A stretch of 64,000 nucleotides of DNA, taken from the NCBI RefSeq assembly GCF_006345805.1, contig NC_043000.1, forward strand, positions 157,666,001 to 157,730,000, read 5' to 3'. Position 1 is the first letter of the stretch. Each line of letters opens with the position of its first letter. The notes under the pieces are model-generated. The model did not search any database. It had not been told where the DNA came from and saw only the letters and a program-made list of their open reading frames with translations. This stretch comes from Octopus sinensis. Its lineage: Eukaryota. Shown here in pieces: positions 27,802 through 41,238 of this stretch. The position numbers were made by a program, and so were the translations under genes.

Positions 27802-29304
27802 GTGTGTGTGGTTGTGTGTGTGTGTGTTGTGTGTGTGTGTAATGGTACGTTCCAAGGAACAAAATGTAGTAAGTCAGTGAATTTCAAGCCGTTCACAGAA
27901 GATATTGAAAACGACTTTCAGGAATAATAGTGGTTTGTTGGCGTAGAAGGTCAATGTATTTCGTGGCGAGATTTGAACTTAGAACGTAAAGAATTGAATG
28001 AAATATTGTAAACAATAATAACAAGAGGAAAAATATCTTACACAATAAGGAGGGATTTAAAATTAGAATTTCTTGTACTTAAATGGGATTATCATCAATT
28101 TCAGGTTAGTATCTCTAATTCGCAAACCATGTTTAACTCGACAGCTGTGGGCATTCTGCATCTTTCAGCAGATTCACTTCTTTTTCATGCGTTCTAACCG
28201 AAATGGAACATGACGTTTATATGCAGGAGATTACGTTTTAGTTTTTTCAAAATGATTTCACTCTTGGGAGAAAGAGAAACTCAGGGCAGAAACGCTTTGC
28301 ATATTTTCAGCTTCTAATAAATTATCTGAAGCTAAATTTCTGTATTGCGTAAATCCCTTCTCTCTTGTTTGCAGGTGCTCGTTTGTATCTCTCACTCATT
28401 CTATCACTCTTCTAGTCCTTTCTCTCATTCACTTTCTCTGTATCTTCTCTCTCTCTCCGTATCTGCGTGTGTTTTGTGTGCGTGTACATACATACATACT
28501 ATACATATATATACATACATATATATATATTATATAATATATATATATATATATATATAAAATATATTATATATATATATAGATATAATATAGCAATCGC
28601 TTCTCTCTTCATTTATCTATAATTATATATATATATATATATATCTGTTTGTTTGAGCTGTATGTATGTACGTATGCTCATATAGGCAACAAGCTATTTT
28701 CTCATCCATCAATCTATTTCTACTTAATAGAAAAAAGGACCAATGAGGAATATTAAAATAAAAAAAAGATTATATCACACACACACACACAGAGACACGC
28801 ACACACACACACACACATACACACTCACACATCTCAAACAGACTTACACACAAAAGCGAAAACGGGAAATTGCTAAATCTAGCAAGAAATGAATGTATTC
28901 TCTGGCAACAGGGACTAAATAATTGGGGGATTAATCTCTTCAGAAGAGCTGCTATTTATTGAGCTTCTCTTGCTTGTGTTAGTGTCTGTGCTTCTTTGCA
29001 TGTCTGTGTTCTTGTGTGCTTGCAGATGTGTTTAATGTATTTCTGTGTATCCATTTGGTGTTGTGATGTGTGTACATCTTTAAGGCATTTGCAAATATTC
29101 GCGTGCGTGTGTATGCGTGAGTGTATTTTCGACTGAATACTTTTGTACATGCGTATGTTTGCCAGTGCTTATGAATGCTTATACATATGATTGCGAGATT
29201 ATGTAGTGTGTATGAATTTGCAATTGTATGTGTTTATCCGTGTTGGCGTATATGTATGTGAAAGTTTGAATATGTATATGAATATGTGTGAATATGTATA
29301 AGAT

Positions 29305-29495
29305 TGAGTGTAGCTAGCACGCCAGACAAAATGTTTGGTGGTAATTGCCGTGTCTTGACGTTCCGAATTCAAATTGCACCGCGATCAACTTTGCCTTTCA
29401 TCCTTTTGGGGTCGATCAAATAAGTATCATTTGAGGATCTGGGCTCCATGTAGCACCCTCCTTCGAAATTTCAGGTCTTCTGCTGAAGCGGAACG

Positions 29496-29500
<5 letters not shown>
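29305..29500 (+). mobile_element. SINE family B (B2 tail)
   Basis: TTCAAATTGCACCGCGATCAACTTTGCCTTTCATCCTTTTGGGGTCGATC core; tail CCCTCC..GAAATTTCAGG. Confidence 0.7.
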
Positions 29501-29588
<88 letters not shown>

Positions 29589-29670
29589 AGGTCCCGGGTT
29601 GAGTCGGGGTTAACCACAGTAAATAAGGTACTCAATACATAGCAGAGTAAAGTAATTATTTTATAGAAGG

Positions 29671-29721
29671 AGCTTCTACAGGACTAGAACTGTTTCATTC
29701 AGATGAAATCTTCAGGAAGCT
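29671..29721 (-). ncRNA. Hammerhead ribozyme-like motif, left arm of 118-bp palindrome
   Basis: Minus strand AGCUUC-CUGAAGA-UUUCAUCUGAAU-GAAAC-AG(UUCUAGUC)CU-GUA-GAAGCU; same fold as the plus-strand twin, with an inner UUC/GAA pairing in stem II but a U-U closing pair. Confidence 0.6.
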
Positions 29722-29768
29722 TCCTGAAGATTTCGACTGACTGAAACAGTTCTAGTCCTGTAGAAGCT
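29718..29768 (+). ncRNA. Hammerhead ribozyme-like motif, right arm of 118-bp palindrome
   Basis: AGCUUC-CUGAAGA-UUUCGACUGACU-GAAAC-AG(UUCUAGUC)CU-GUA-GAAGCU: intact core, 4-bp stem III, GUA site, 6-bp stem I; stem II non-canonical (U10.1/U11.1). Confidence 0.6.
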
Positions 29769-29777
29769 CCTTCTATA

Positions 29778-29827
<50 letters not shown>

Positions 29828-30405
29828 TGTGTGTGTCTGTGTAATGGTACGTTCCAAGGATCAAAATGTAGTAAGTCAGGGAATTTCAAGCCGTTCACAG
29901 AAGATATCGAAAACGACTTTCAGGAATAATAGTGGTTTGTTGGCGTAGAAGGTTGCGAACTTTTCCCATATCCAAGTACGATAAGCTGAAAAAATGTTAT
30001 TTTATAGCCCATGTTTAGCAACAGGGGTTACTGTATATGCGAATGTGTGTTTAATGTGTGTTTTTGTGTATGTATGTTATGTTATGTATGCATGGGTACA
30101 TGAAGGGCAGCTAGTTGTCTGTCCTTTGTTGAACTTTCAGACATATACAGACAATGAAACCGACAGGCATAAGAAAGAGACACACAAGTTACAGAAACAT
30201 GCGTATATTGCGGTAGACGTCGACATGTAGACAAAAAATAAATAATGACAAATATGCCGAACAGTAATGTTTGGAAGCACAAATGTGAAACTGAGGAGTG
30301 ATTATAGGAACATCTGCACACGGAATACTTTTACTCTCTATAAATTAAAACACACTCACGCACACATATAATTATATATAAATACATATATATATATATT
30401 AATAT

Positions 30406-30464
<59 letters not shown>

Positions 30465-30635
30465 AATACATACATATATATATATATATCTATATATATA
30501 TATAAGTGTGTGTGCATGTATGTATATACATATGTGTATTATATATATACAATATGATATATATATATGTATATATATAAATACATATTTTACATACATT
30601 TATACATGCATACATACATATATACATATATATAT

Positions 30636-30670
<35 letters not shown>

Positions 30671-32619
30671 CGTCGAAGCGTGCAACAAGATTTAGCGAAT
30701 AGCTGACAAATAGACATTTAGTGTTACAAAACAGGATTACATACAATCGTACGTTTATATTAGAGATGAGTGTACGGTAGACAAATTGGTAGAGAAATAG
30801 ATAGAATAAAAGACAAGTAAGTAGAGAAAGTAACAGAAAGCGAGAGGGTAGAGGAAGATTAAAGGAAGGGGTGAAAAAGTATCATTCATTTACACAGATT
30901 AAGAAGTTATACTGTAGCAACGTTGAAACGATATGCAGCCATACAGTGACATATGATCAAAAAGAGATGAAGAAAAACAAGTTGGTATCTGAGTAGATTG
31001 TCTGGCTGGCTATTGGCAGCTTAATACACTGAGGTAGCCAAATATTCTGGTATACCGACATGCAAGCAGTAAGGTGTTGAGTTTAATAACATTCTTTGAT
31101 TAGAGTGTTTCTGTACACTTAAACTTTCTTTTAGATATTTCTAAATTAGCCAAAGACAATTATAAAATGTTTTAGAATATTTTATGTTATAAGCATGGAT
31201 GGATAATGGAGAGTAAATCGGGCTAAGCAGAAATATATTGACTCCACAGAAAGATAAAAAATGAACAACGAAATTTGCAATGATAAAGCTCTTTGTGCGT
31301 AGTATTAATATATATTCTCTTTTCTTGAGGCCAAAGTAGCACGCATTTTATTTTTGGCGCTATGATATTGGCGCTAACAATATTGACACTTAGATATCTC
31401 GGAGTTCTAGAGATTTTATTAGATAAACGAAAGAGACATATGATGAAATCAAACAAGTAGATTGGTAGTGAGCGGTGCAAGAAGAAAAATAAGGTGGTGG
31501 TGGAAGAAAGTTTGATATGCAGATAAAAGTCACCAAACCAGCCCGACAACGAACTCAATTATCTATTATCTATCATGCCCCAATCATTTTCCCGTTACAA
31601 CAACGAGCCAAAAAGGGAGCCTTTACAACAAAATCTCCCTGAAGATCATGCCATATTTTTGAAGAAAGGAATAACTATCGATAATGCAGACCTTTATAAA
31701 CTATAACTGAGTATAAAGAATAATATGTGATAGTCAAGGTTGAAATAATCTTTGCCGATTGTATACAGCTGACCTACTTAAAATAACAAGTAGTAGCACA
31801 AGACTCACTACTAGAAATCCTATGTGAGCATCAAGTGGTGATGGCTCAAAGCAAGACTAAATAAACTACGGGATGGTTACACTTGGTACTCTACTGTCCA
31901 GAGGTGTAATCGGTGTGTGCTGCCTGGGGGTAACAATAGCTACTACGCTCTATGCTTTTCTGAATAGATCATTGGCAACTCTGAGCGACGTCCAAACCGA
32001 ACACATTTGATTTGCTAGCTGCTACTCGTTCGGTATTTCTCACAATCGTATCAGATATGAGTAGCTGTCAACCTATGTCTCTGTACCAGTTGGAATATTA
32101 CTATTTGTAATATCCCAATCCAAAAGGAGAATCTACCTGCAAGAAATAGCAACCTAATCTCCATCAATTGTTATGCGACCATCATAAAATGTGAAGGACA
32201 CATTGGATAAATTATATCAGGATACACACTATCGAAAGAAAAAAGAAAAGAGAAAACACTTAAAGAAAATCTCACAGTATCTACGCTTTGATGATAATGC
32301 TACTCAATCATGGACGATTGAAGGTTAAATGACAATACCGCCTCTCATCCAGGGTTTAGAAGCAACTTCAAAGAACATGGGCGCACTGCTATTAACCCTG
32401 ACTGTTAAATAAACAGAATATCTTCATTAACTTAATTATGGCGTTGTCATTGCTGCTGCTGCTGTTGTTGTTGTTGTTGTCATCGCTGCTAATGTTGTTG
32501 CTGTTGTTGTGCAGACTCATACCCACCTAAGTCTAGAAAATACTTCGATGGAAGGACGTTTAGGAAATGAAAATAGAATTAATGGAAATAAATACAACAA
32601 TGAGGCTAGAGAGATTAAT

Positions 32620-32683
32620 TAATAACGTTGTTGAATGATGATGGCGATGATGATGATGATGATGTTTCTGATGATGATGATGG

Positions 32684-32714
<31 letters not shown>

Positions 32715-33005
32715 GATGATGATAAAGAGGATGATGATGACGACGACGACGTCGATGATGATGGTGGTGGGGAAGATGAAGCTAAGGATACTGGTGGTGA
32801 TGATGATGATGATGTTGATGATAATGATGTTGGTGGTGATGATGTGATGATGATGATGATGATATGATGATGATGATGATGTTGGTGGTGGTGGTGATGA
32901 TGATGATGATGATGATAAAGAGGATGATGATGATGGTGGTGATGATGACGGTGATGATGACGGTGATGATGGTGATGATGATGATGATGATGATGATGAC
33001 GACGG

Positions 33006-33052
<47 letters not shown>

Positions 33053-33545
33053 GTGATGATAGGAAAGCTGATAATGATGGTGATGAGGAAGCTGATAGTA
33101 TTGCGTTTGTGATGTTGCTGACCTTGATGAATGCGGCGGCGGCTGCGGTGATGTGGGATGGTGAAGAATAGCATGATGGAGTTGAAGATATCATATTTAC
33201 ATACGAAGCCTTAGAGTTACATATGGGAAACTGGAAGAATACCAACAACATCCGCCCCATACTCCTCCCTCCTTTCTCCTCCTCCCTTCCTCATCCTCAA
33301 CATCTTCTTTGTCATCGCATGAATCCCCTTCCTCTCCTTCTTTCTCCTCCTTATCATCATAATGACCGCTATCGTTGTCGCCACAAACAGCATCATCATC
33401 ATCGTCGTTAACATCAGCATTACTAATAGTATAAGCATCCAATGCATTTTCTTTCCTCTTCCTTCCTTCTCCACCTCATCAGCATCACTAGCAACAGCAG
33501 CAGCGGCAACCACAAGAGCAGTAGCAGTAATAGCTGCAGCAAGGC
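32620..33545. repeat. Degenerate (GAT)n / (CCT)n / (CAT)n trinucleotide tract
   Basis: Direct reading; includes a repeated GATGATGATAAAGAGGATGATGATGA unit near 32715 and 32908. Confidence 0.9.
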
Positions 33546-33633
33546 AACCGCAGTCGCAGCTTGACTTAATAATATTAAGAGCATAAAGAAGAGCGTAGGA
33601 AGTATAACACATGAAATATACTTTTCTACTCTA

Positions 33634-33987
33634 AGCACAAGGCCCGAAATTTTTTTTGGGGGGGCAGTCGATTAGATCGACCTCAGTATACAACTGGTAC
33701 TTAATTCATCGACGCCGAAAGGAAAGGTCGCCCTCAGCGGAATTACAACTCAGAACGTAAAGACTTATTGCTTTATTGCCCACAAGGGCCTAAACATAGA
33801 GGGGGCAAATAAGGACAGACAAAGGGATTAAGTCGATTACATCGACCCACTGGTACTTAATTTATCGACTCCGAAAGGATGAAAGGCATAGTCTACCTCG
33901 GCTGAATTTGAACTCAACGTAAAGACAGATGAAATACTACTAAGCATTTCGCCCGACATGCTAACGTTTCTGCCAGCTCACCGCCTT
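33634..33987 (-). mobile_element. Two adjacent family B SINEs (partial B2-tail copy 33634-33762; B1 copy 33765-33987)
   Basis: Both carry the TCGAC...GAAAGG core on the minus strand with different tails. Confidence 0.75.
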
Positions 33988-36034
33988 ATAATACATGAAA
34001 TAATAACAATCTTATGGTGGCAGACACCCAACAAACTGGGGTAGATATAACTGATTAAATCAATCTCAGTACTTGACTGATCTATATTTAATTGATCGTA
34101 GTATAGTTGCTCGCAAACTGAGAAACTCCAGGCCCCGACCAACTTTAGAGAAATTTTCAGTACTCCATCTTTTTTAATGAGAATACAAAATAAAGCTGCA
34201 TTCATATAATTCTTTATTCAGTGTAGTGTAAATGCAGTTAAAAAATGTTTGCAACATCTTTGTTTTATTGAACATGACAGTTTGATGAGCTGGAATGTTT
34301 TCTCCATTATTCTTTTCGACGACTCTAAGTCACCCACTTGAGAAACCGTGCATTGAAGGAAGACTAGAATAATGACCTCTGCGGATTTTCCACTTAAAAG
34401 ACAAAATTGTAGATATATATATATACAAACACATATATGTACATACATATTGTGAAACAGTACACAGCTGCTAAATATCTGATCGACAAGAAAGATAACC
34501 ACGACTTTAGTCCTCCGTGTTGTGATACAAAATACTGACTGTACCACATCAATGTGGATGATTACATCCATATGATCAGTAGCATTCCAAATATATCTAA
34601 GTTGTACTTTCTTCACTTAACACTAAAACCATTTGCAATGTGATATGTAGGAAAGATTGTCAAGGGCTCGTTAAAATCGAAATGCATCCACGCCTTTAAA
34701 AATAAGGAATACGGGCAAAACATTCCAATAAAAACCAACCCAATATATGCACAATTGCTCAAAGTGCAATTCTATGGAACAAGGAGCAAAAGTCATGCAT
34801 TTTAATAGGGATCGGCTACCCACCGAATGTAAAGGAAGGAGATTATCTTTGGGGAAACAACAAGAAATCTACAACTATAGATTTCCATTTATAACTATTA
34901 TCGTAGATGCAAATGACCTACTTAATAAATGAACAGCATAAAAACCTAAAAATGCTGCTTTTCTCCAAAAATGATCAAGCTGATTCGCATTCTGCCTATA
35001 CTATCGATTAGAAGCAAACTGAACATATATAAAGCATATATAAAGGTTTTGCTGATTGGCATGTTTTTTTGAAGGGCCTTGTTGAATGCGTGAGTGAAAG
35101 AATATGCTGGATTTTTCCCCCTTTTTATTACCTTCACATTTCCTTGTATTTTAGTTTCATCCTTGATTGACGGGCGCATCTTTTTCTATATTCAATCCAA
35201 TGTAATCCGGAATTAAGATGTGCGACAGTGTGATAATGTTACCGAAGAAAATTCAGTAAGTAAAGCAATAAAACAAATAGGTGTAGAATGTAATTAATTT
35301 TATGCTGCGAGGAAGGAAGTTATTTTCTTTTACTCCATTTTTTTTTTCTCGACAAAGGACCATAGTCCGAAAGGTTGATTTCACTTCTGATTTTTCCTTA
35401 CGGCGTAAAATTAATTACCTGGCATTCTTTTATGTACTTTTGTTGTTTTGTCTTTCTGAAAAGAGAAGACCTCAAGTATGTGAAGAAGAAATTTAAATAA
35501 TGAGGTGTATCTGAGTTTTGAAGAAGAGATAGAAAAAGAGGAAGAAATCAAGATGTGTGGCAAAAAAAATATATATGTAGAATAAGAAACAAGAGGAACA
35601 TCTGGAAAGAGAAAGACATATACACCCGCTCACAAACATACACATATATACATAGGCAGGTATATGTACATGTGTGTGTTTGCGTATGTATGCATGGGTG
35701 TATGTGTATACACACAAATATATATATGCGTGTATAAGTAACAGTGGATGTGTGCATGAGTTATGTTTACATGTATGTGCATGTGCGTGTAAAGTGTGCA
35801 TGTACGTTGGAAGACGAGAATACGTGAGGAATATAGTGAAGTGGCAAGGGAGAAGTGAGAGTAATTAATAAGTAAGAAGATAAATGTACAAAGGTGTAGA
35901 ATGAGAAAAAGAGTATGGTAACGGGTGAGTGTTAGAGAGAGTCACAGACAGAGAGGGTGATAGGCAAGGGTGAGATAGTGTGAGAGAGAGGGATGTAATG
36001 AGACATAAATAGAGAAAAACATAGATAGATAGAT

Positions 36035-36074
<40 letters not shown>

Positions 36075-36202
36075 GAATGTGTGGAGGGGGAGGTATCGAC
36101 GGGATAAAATGGATATTTGTATTCTGAAGCTAGAAAGTGAGCGTATGAGACTAAGCCATAAAGGGAATAAGACCAACAAAGCAGAAAAGAAGTGAAGAGC
36201 GA

Positions 36203-36235
<33 letters not shown>

Positions 36236-36757
36236 GTGTGTGTGTGTGTGTGTATGTGTGGGTTAGTGTTTGTGTACATGTACACGTACATGTGCGTGTG
36301 TGTCAGCGTGGACGGACACATGTGGGGAATGAAAGAGAAAAGAGCAAGAAAGAAAGAGAGAGAGAGAGAGAAAGCGGGTAGGGAGAGAGATTGCCAAAAG
36401 CGAGAGGATGCTAGAGAAAGACGGTGAAGTGGATCTTTGAAAAACAAAATAATTTTTCCAATACAAAGCACGTTTTCAGTTGAATTGTCAAATAGGCGCT
36501 ATTGAAGACAATTTACCTGTCGAATCTTTTAAAAGAATGGAATCAGTGAGAATCTTAAGAAAACAAAACATTTCCCCATTTACTGATTAATTCTTCAAAT
36601 TAAAGAAAGCCAAATGTTAAAAATTTGATGTTCTTATATAATGGTTATGCCCAAGTAGTTATTTCCTTCTATTTAATTCACTTTTAATTGTGAACATTGG
36701 AATAACTGAATCTATACGTGAATATGTATGCATGTATGCACCGACGATAAATGTCTG

Positions 36758-36828
<71 letters not shown>

Positions 36829-36906
36829 CTCTCTCTCTCTCTCTCACCCTCTTCTCTCTCTCTCTATATATATATATATATCTGCACGATATCACGATAT
36901 ATTTGC

Positions 36907-36946
<40 letters not shown>

Positions 36947-37384
36947 TATATGATATACATATAAATATTGTGTTTATATGTACACATACACAGGCGCAAA
37001 GTACTCACACATTCTTCTGTTTAATTAGCATTTGATTGTGGAAATCTGAATATCGGAATGTGTGCGTGCGTTTTAGTGTGTGTGTGTGTCTGTGTGTGCG
37101 TGCGTGTGTAGGATCAATGCATCTCATAATGTCAATTAATCCATACGCATGTATGCATATATTTATATAGCTTATTTCTTAATCGTCTGTCTATATGTGT
37201 GTGTAGTCATTCTATGTTGCATGTACATACACATAGCTCTTTGTTGCATGCCTTCTCCGACAATATTATCATGCGGCAATCTAAACGTAACAAAGACTAC
37301 ATTACAAAATTAGTCTTTCTCTTCGCTATCAAATATTACTTCAGCCAATATAGTAATCCTATAAAATGTTCATTTCAACCACAG

Positions 37385-37719
37385 GATACAATACTGGTTC
37401 CCTATCTGGAGTGATGCTGTTACTACGCGTAATGCATCATAGAATGAATACCCGAAACAGCACTCGACTTATTGGTATAAAGTCAGATACCAAGATATTG
37501 GAACTTTTAGGTTATAGATGTATGTCTTTTCTCTTTGTTTCACCAACCACTAATATGGGCACCTATCGTTTTCACTATCTTAACCTGTTGCTCATCATTC
37601 TGAACATCAATTGGGTTGATCTCAACAGCCATGGATGTCAACTCTTTCTCGCACATCACACCACGAGAAAACAAACAATATCACAAGCATATAAACACCC
37701 AGAGAGTAAAGAGGGACTG
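37385..37719 (+). CDS. Candidate 335-nt exon, unidentified
   Basis: Acceptor CATTTCAACCACAG, donor CTG|GTAAGT, 111 uninterrupted codons between them; no recognisable domain. Confidence 0.2.
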
Positions 37720-38014
37720 GTAAGTGACCCACTACTTTGAATACTGCGAAGTCTTCGTAGTTGCAGTTATCGCCCTGGAGCAAATATTAATCGATCAGTC
37801 CATGACACTGGATGTCGTCTGAAGAAATATCGCCTACTAAGAAAGATAGTTAGATGAAGGATCATGGTTATGCACAACCGAGGACGCACGACCCGATAAT
37901 GATTATACACAAAGTGTCACGCGGGACTGAACCCTGAACGATTTTGCTGTTAAGTAAGCTACTTACCACACAGCCACTCCTCCGCTTACATATATTTGTT
38001 TTTATATCTTGTCG

Positions 38015-38622
38015 TTTAATCGTTACATTCATTATACTGTGTCCATGCTGGAGTATACTTTGAAGAATTTTGTCGAATGAATCGGCCACATTACTTATTT
38101 TCTTAAAGCTTCGAATTATTCTATCAGACCCTTTTGCCGAACCTCTTGCCGAGGGCGTATAATCATACGAGTACGGATTGTCAAACGTTGGTGGGAGAGA
38201 AACACAAAAGCACATTCCACACACTCATACACGACAGGTTTTCTGAAATTTCCTATTTCTTTATAACCTACAAGGGGCTAAACATAGAGTGGAAACCAAG
38301 GACAGACATAGGTATTAAGTCGAACTGGTACTTAATTTATCGACCCCGAAAGGACGAAAGGCAAAGTCAACCTCGGCTGAATTTGAACTCACAACGTAAC
38401 GACAGACGAAATACCGCTAAGCATTTCATCCGGCGTTCTAACGTTTCTGCCAGCTCGCCGCCTTCTTTTCTGCAATTTCCGTCTACCAACTGCACTCATA
38501 AAGTTTCGGTCAGCCCGAGACTACATTAGAAGAATATTGCCCCAAAGTGCTACACAGTGGACTGAACTCAGATCCTTATGGTTGGGAAGCAAGATTCTTA
38601 CCACGGAGCCACGCCGGCGCCT
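38015..38622 (-). mobile_element. SINE family C interrupted by a family B SINE
   Basis: Tail half 38015-38253 and head half 38464-38622 are collinear with the family C structure. Confidence 0.75.
38254..38463 (-). mobile_element. SINE family B1 nested inside a family C SINE
   Basis: Same head, core and tail as 60153-60383; flanked by TTTTCTG(A/C)AATTTCC at 38239-38253 and 38466-38480. Confidence 0.85.
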
Positions 38623-38625
38623 ATA

Positions 38626-38732
<107 letters not shown>

Positions 38733-38755
38733 TATTATATATATATATATATAGA

Positions 38756-38789
<34 letters not shown>

Positions 38790-39958
38790 CTATACATACA
38801 CACACATTCCACAATGCAACTACAAGTGGACTGTTGGCGATTTCTCCCCTTCTTCTTTCTTTTAGACTTTCCTATATCTCCTGTTTCCGAAGAATAGCTT
38901 TAATCGAATCGTAAAACAACCACTCTTTCTTTCCTTCTCTGTGCGTCTTATTAATAATTTGCACGCACCGTGTCCTTGCGTTGTTATTTTTCTTCTCTTT
39001 TTTCTCCGTTTCTCTGATTTATTATATCTATCTATCTACAGCATATAAGCTCATCATTTTTCCCCCCTTAAACCCATACACACGCGCTTACATAAAGTTT
39101 TGGTGAGGGAGTAATTTCCATTCCATTCAGTACATAAACATTCAATCATTTCCCTGAAATCATATACCAATGCGCTTCGCTTTTCTACAATCTTTTAATA
39201 AGACCTCGGGTCATGTCATTGCGATATACTCTATGTAAGATGACGTCATTGACTGCATCCTTTCTATTATCTGATGTTTCATTGTAATTTAAGAGAAATG
39301 TTTGCTGCCAATGTAGCAAAACGAGAGACTGAATAGAGGAATTCTTCCGTTAGCTGGAGCTTTTAGGTTGGTTATTTTTTTCTTTTACTAGCAGGCTTTA
39401 CAAACAGTGTTTCAAACTGAATATCTACCGCATAGATTTCACCATTTATTTAAGACCATAACAAATACAACGGCTCTGTACTTCTCCATCTCCCTGACAT
39501 CAATATGTTAACAGCGAAACAAAACAGACCAGAAAAAAAAAACGAGAAAAATAAAGGGAAAAAAATAAATGAAATACTGGAAAATATGATTAAAAACTTG
39601 CGAAAGTATATGCAATCGATTTGTTAGGAAAAATTTGGCAGAGCAAGTTGTGAATAGCAACAAATAAATAACTGGATGACTTTTAATAATAATAATCCTA
39701 TTTTAAAAATCTGTTGCAGTTTTAATAAATAATCAAACGTTTTGAATAAACCTCTGTCTGTCTTTTAAACAAGCGTGTATACACAGGTATATAATGACAC
39801 ACACACACGCCCGCAGCTACACACATATATGCTTGTATATATATCTATACATATATACATATTTACACACATACACACACAAATATATGCATATATGCAG
39901 ACGTACATATATACATTTATACACGTATATATAATACTTATACGTATATAAATATATA

Positions 39959-39989
<31 letters not shown>

Positions 39990-40208
39990 CATATGTAATA
40001 TATATATATATACATATATAACTTATACGTATATAAATATATACATATATATATATTATATATATAAATATACGTATATGTGTTTATATATATATGTTTA
40101 TATTTACATATATATATATATACATATACACACACACACAAGTCTGTCATGTTCAATGTATAGTTTTCTATGTTCATATCTATGTATACTCACACAAACA
40201 TACGTACA

Positions 40209-40251
<43 letters not shown>

Positions 40252-40731
40252 ACGCACTTTCGCAAGCACGCAAAATCACACAGAGACAAGTGCTTTCGCT
40301 TCTTCTCTGACGTTTGCGTGTAATTTCTGTTTATGTGCAAAATGATTTATCTTTGCGTTTTTCAAATTAAGTAGATACATAACAACGACAACAACAACAA
40401 CAACAACAGCAACAGCAACAATTTTGACGACAAAATGACAACTACAATACTTACAACAACACAGACGACGACGATGACGATGATGACAGCAATCATAAGA
40501 CATGTGTAAATAAACTTTGAACTAAGCTTTCAGTATTTAAACAGTTTATATATGACTTTCTTAAACTCTCTCGGTCATATTATATAGGTTTTCCACAAGT
40601 AGGTTTGTGTTCTGTTCATTTGTAAGTAGAAGTATGGTAAAATATATGCACACACACAGACACGCACACACATCTACGTATATAGACTATGTGTGTGTGT
40701 ACACGAATATATACATATACATGCATATATG

Positions 40732-40778
<47 letters not shown>

Positions 40779-40814
40779 ATATATATAATCATGTATATGC
40801 ATATATATATATGC

Positions 40815-40846
<32 letters not shown>

Positions 40847-41113
40847 ATTTATGTGAAATAGAAAGATGAATAATCTTGTAGTAGATTAATCAAAAGTTTA
40901 ACCGATACCTTAGTAGCAAAAAATCACAGCAGTAAACAGCACGGTATATAATCATGTATATGCATATATATATATGCATATATATATATGTATAAAATTT
41001 GTCCTTTATAAGGAATAAGGAATAAATTTTCCCTTATGAGATTTTTCACGCTAACCACTTGATAAATTCTTATAAATATGTTATGCTATATTTAAATTAT
41101 ATATGTATGTACA

Positions 41114-41160
<47 letters not shown>

Positions 41161-41185
41161 CTATATATATATATATATGTGTGTG

Positions 41186-41238
<53 letters not shown>

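Larger units (their letters stand above)
27496..29953. repeat. Dispersed direct duplication (27496-27951 vs 29381-29953) with different inserts in the shared (TA)n
   Basis: SINE-B tail, (TA)n/(TG)n and the unique AATGGTACGTTCCAAGG...GGCGTAGAAGG segment are shared. Confidence 0.9.

Noticed and set aside
31223-31558. 111-aa minus-strand ORF as a chemoreceptor fragment
   Set aside because: No recognisable transmembrane pattern or family motif.
31873-32010. 45-aa ORF with a hydrophobic segment
   Set aside because: Too short, with no homology or promoter evidence.
32628-33442. Asp-rich and acidic ORFs resembling biomineralisation proteins
   Set aside because: Decayed (GAT)n/(CAT)n repeat; open in all frames, no signal peptide or splice support.
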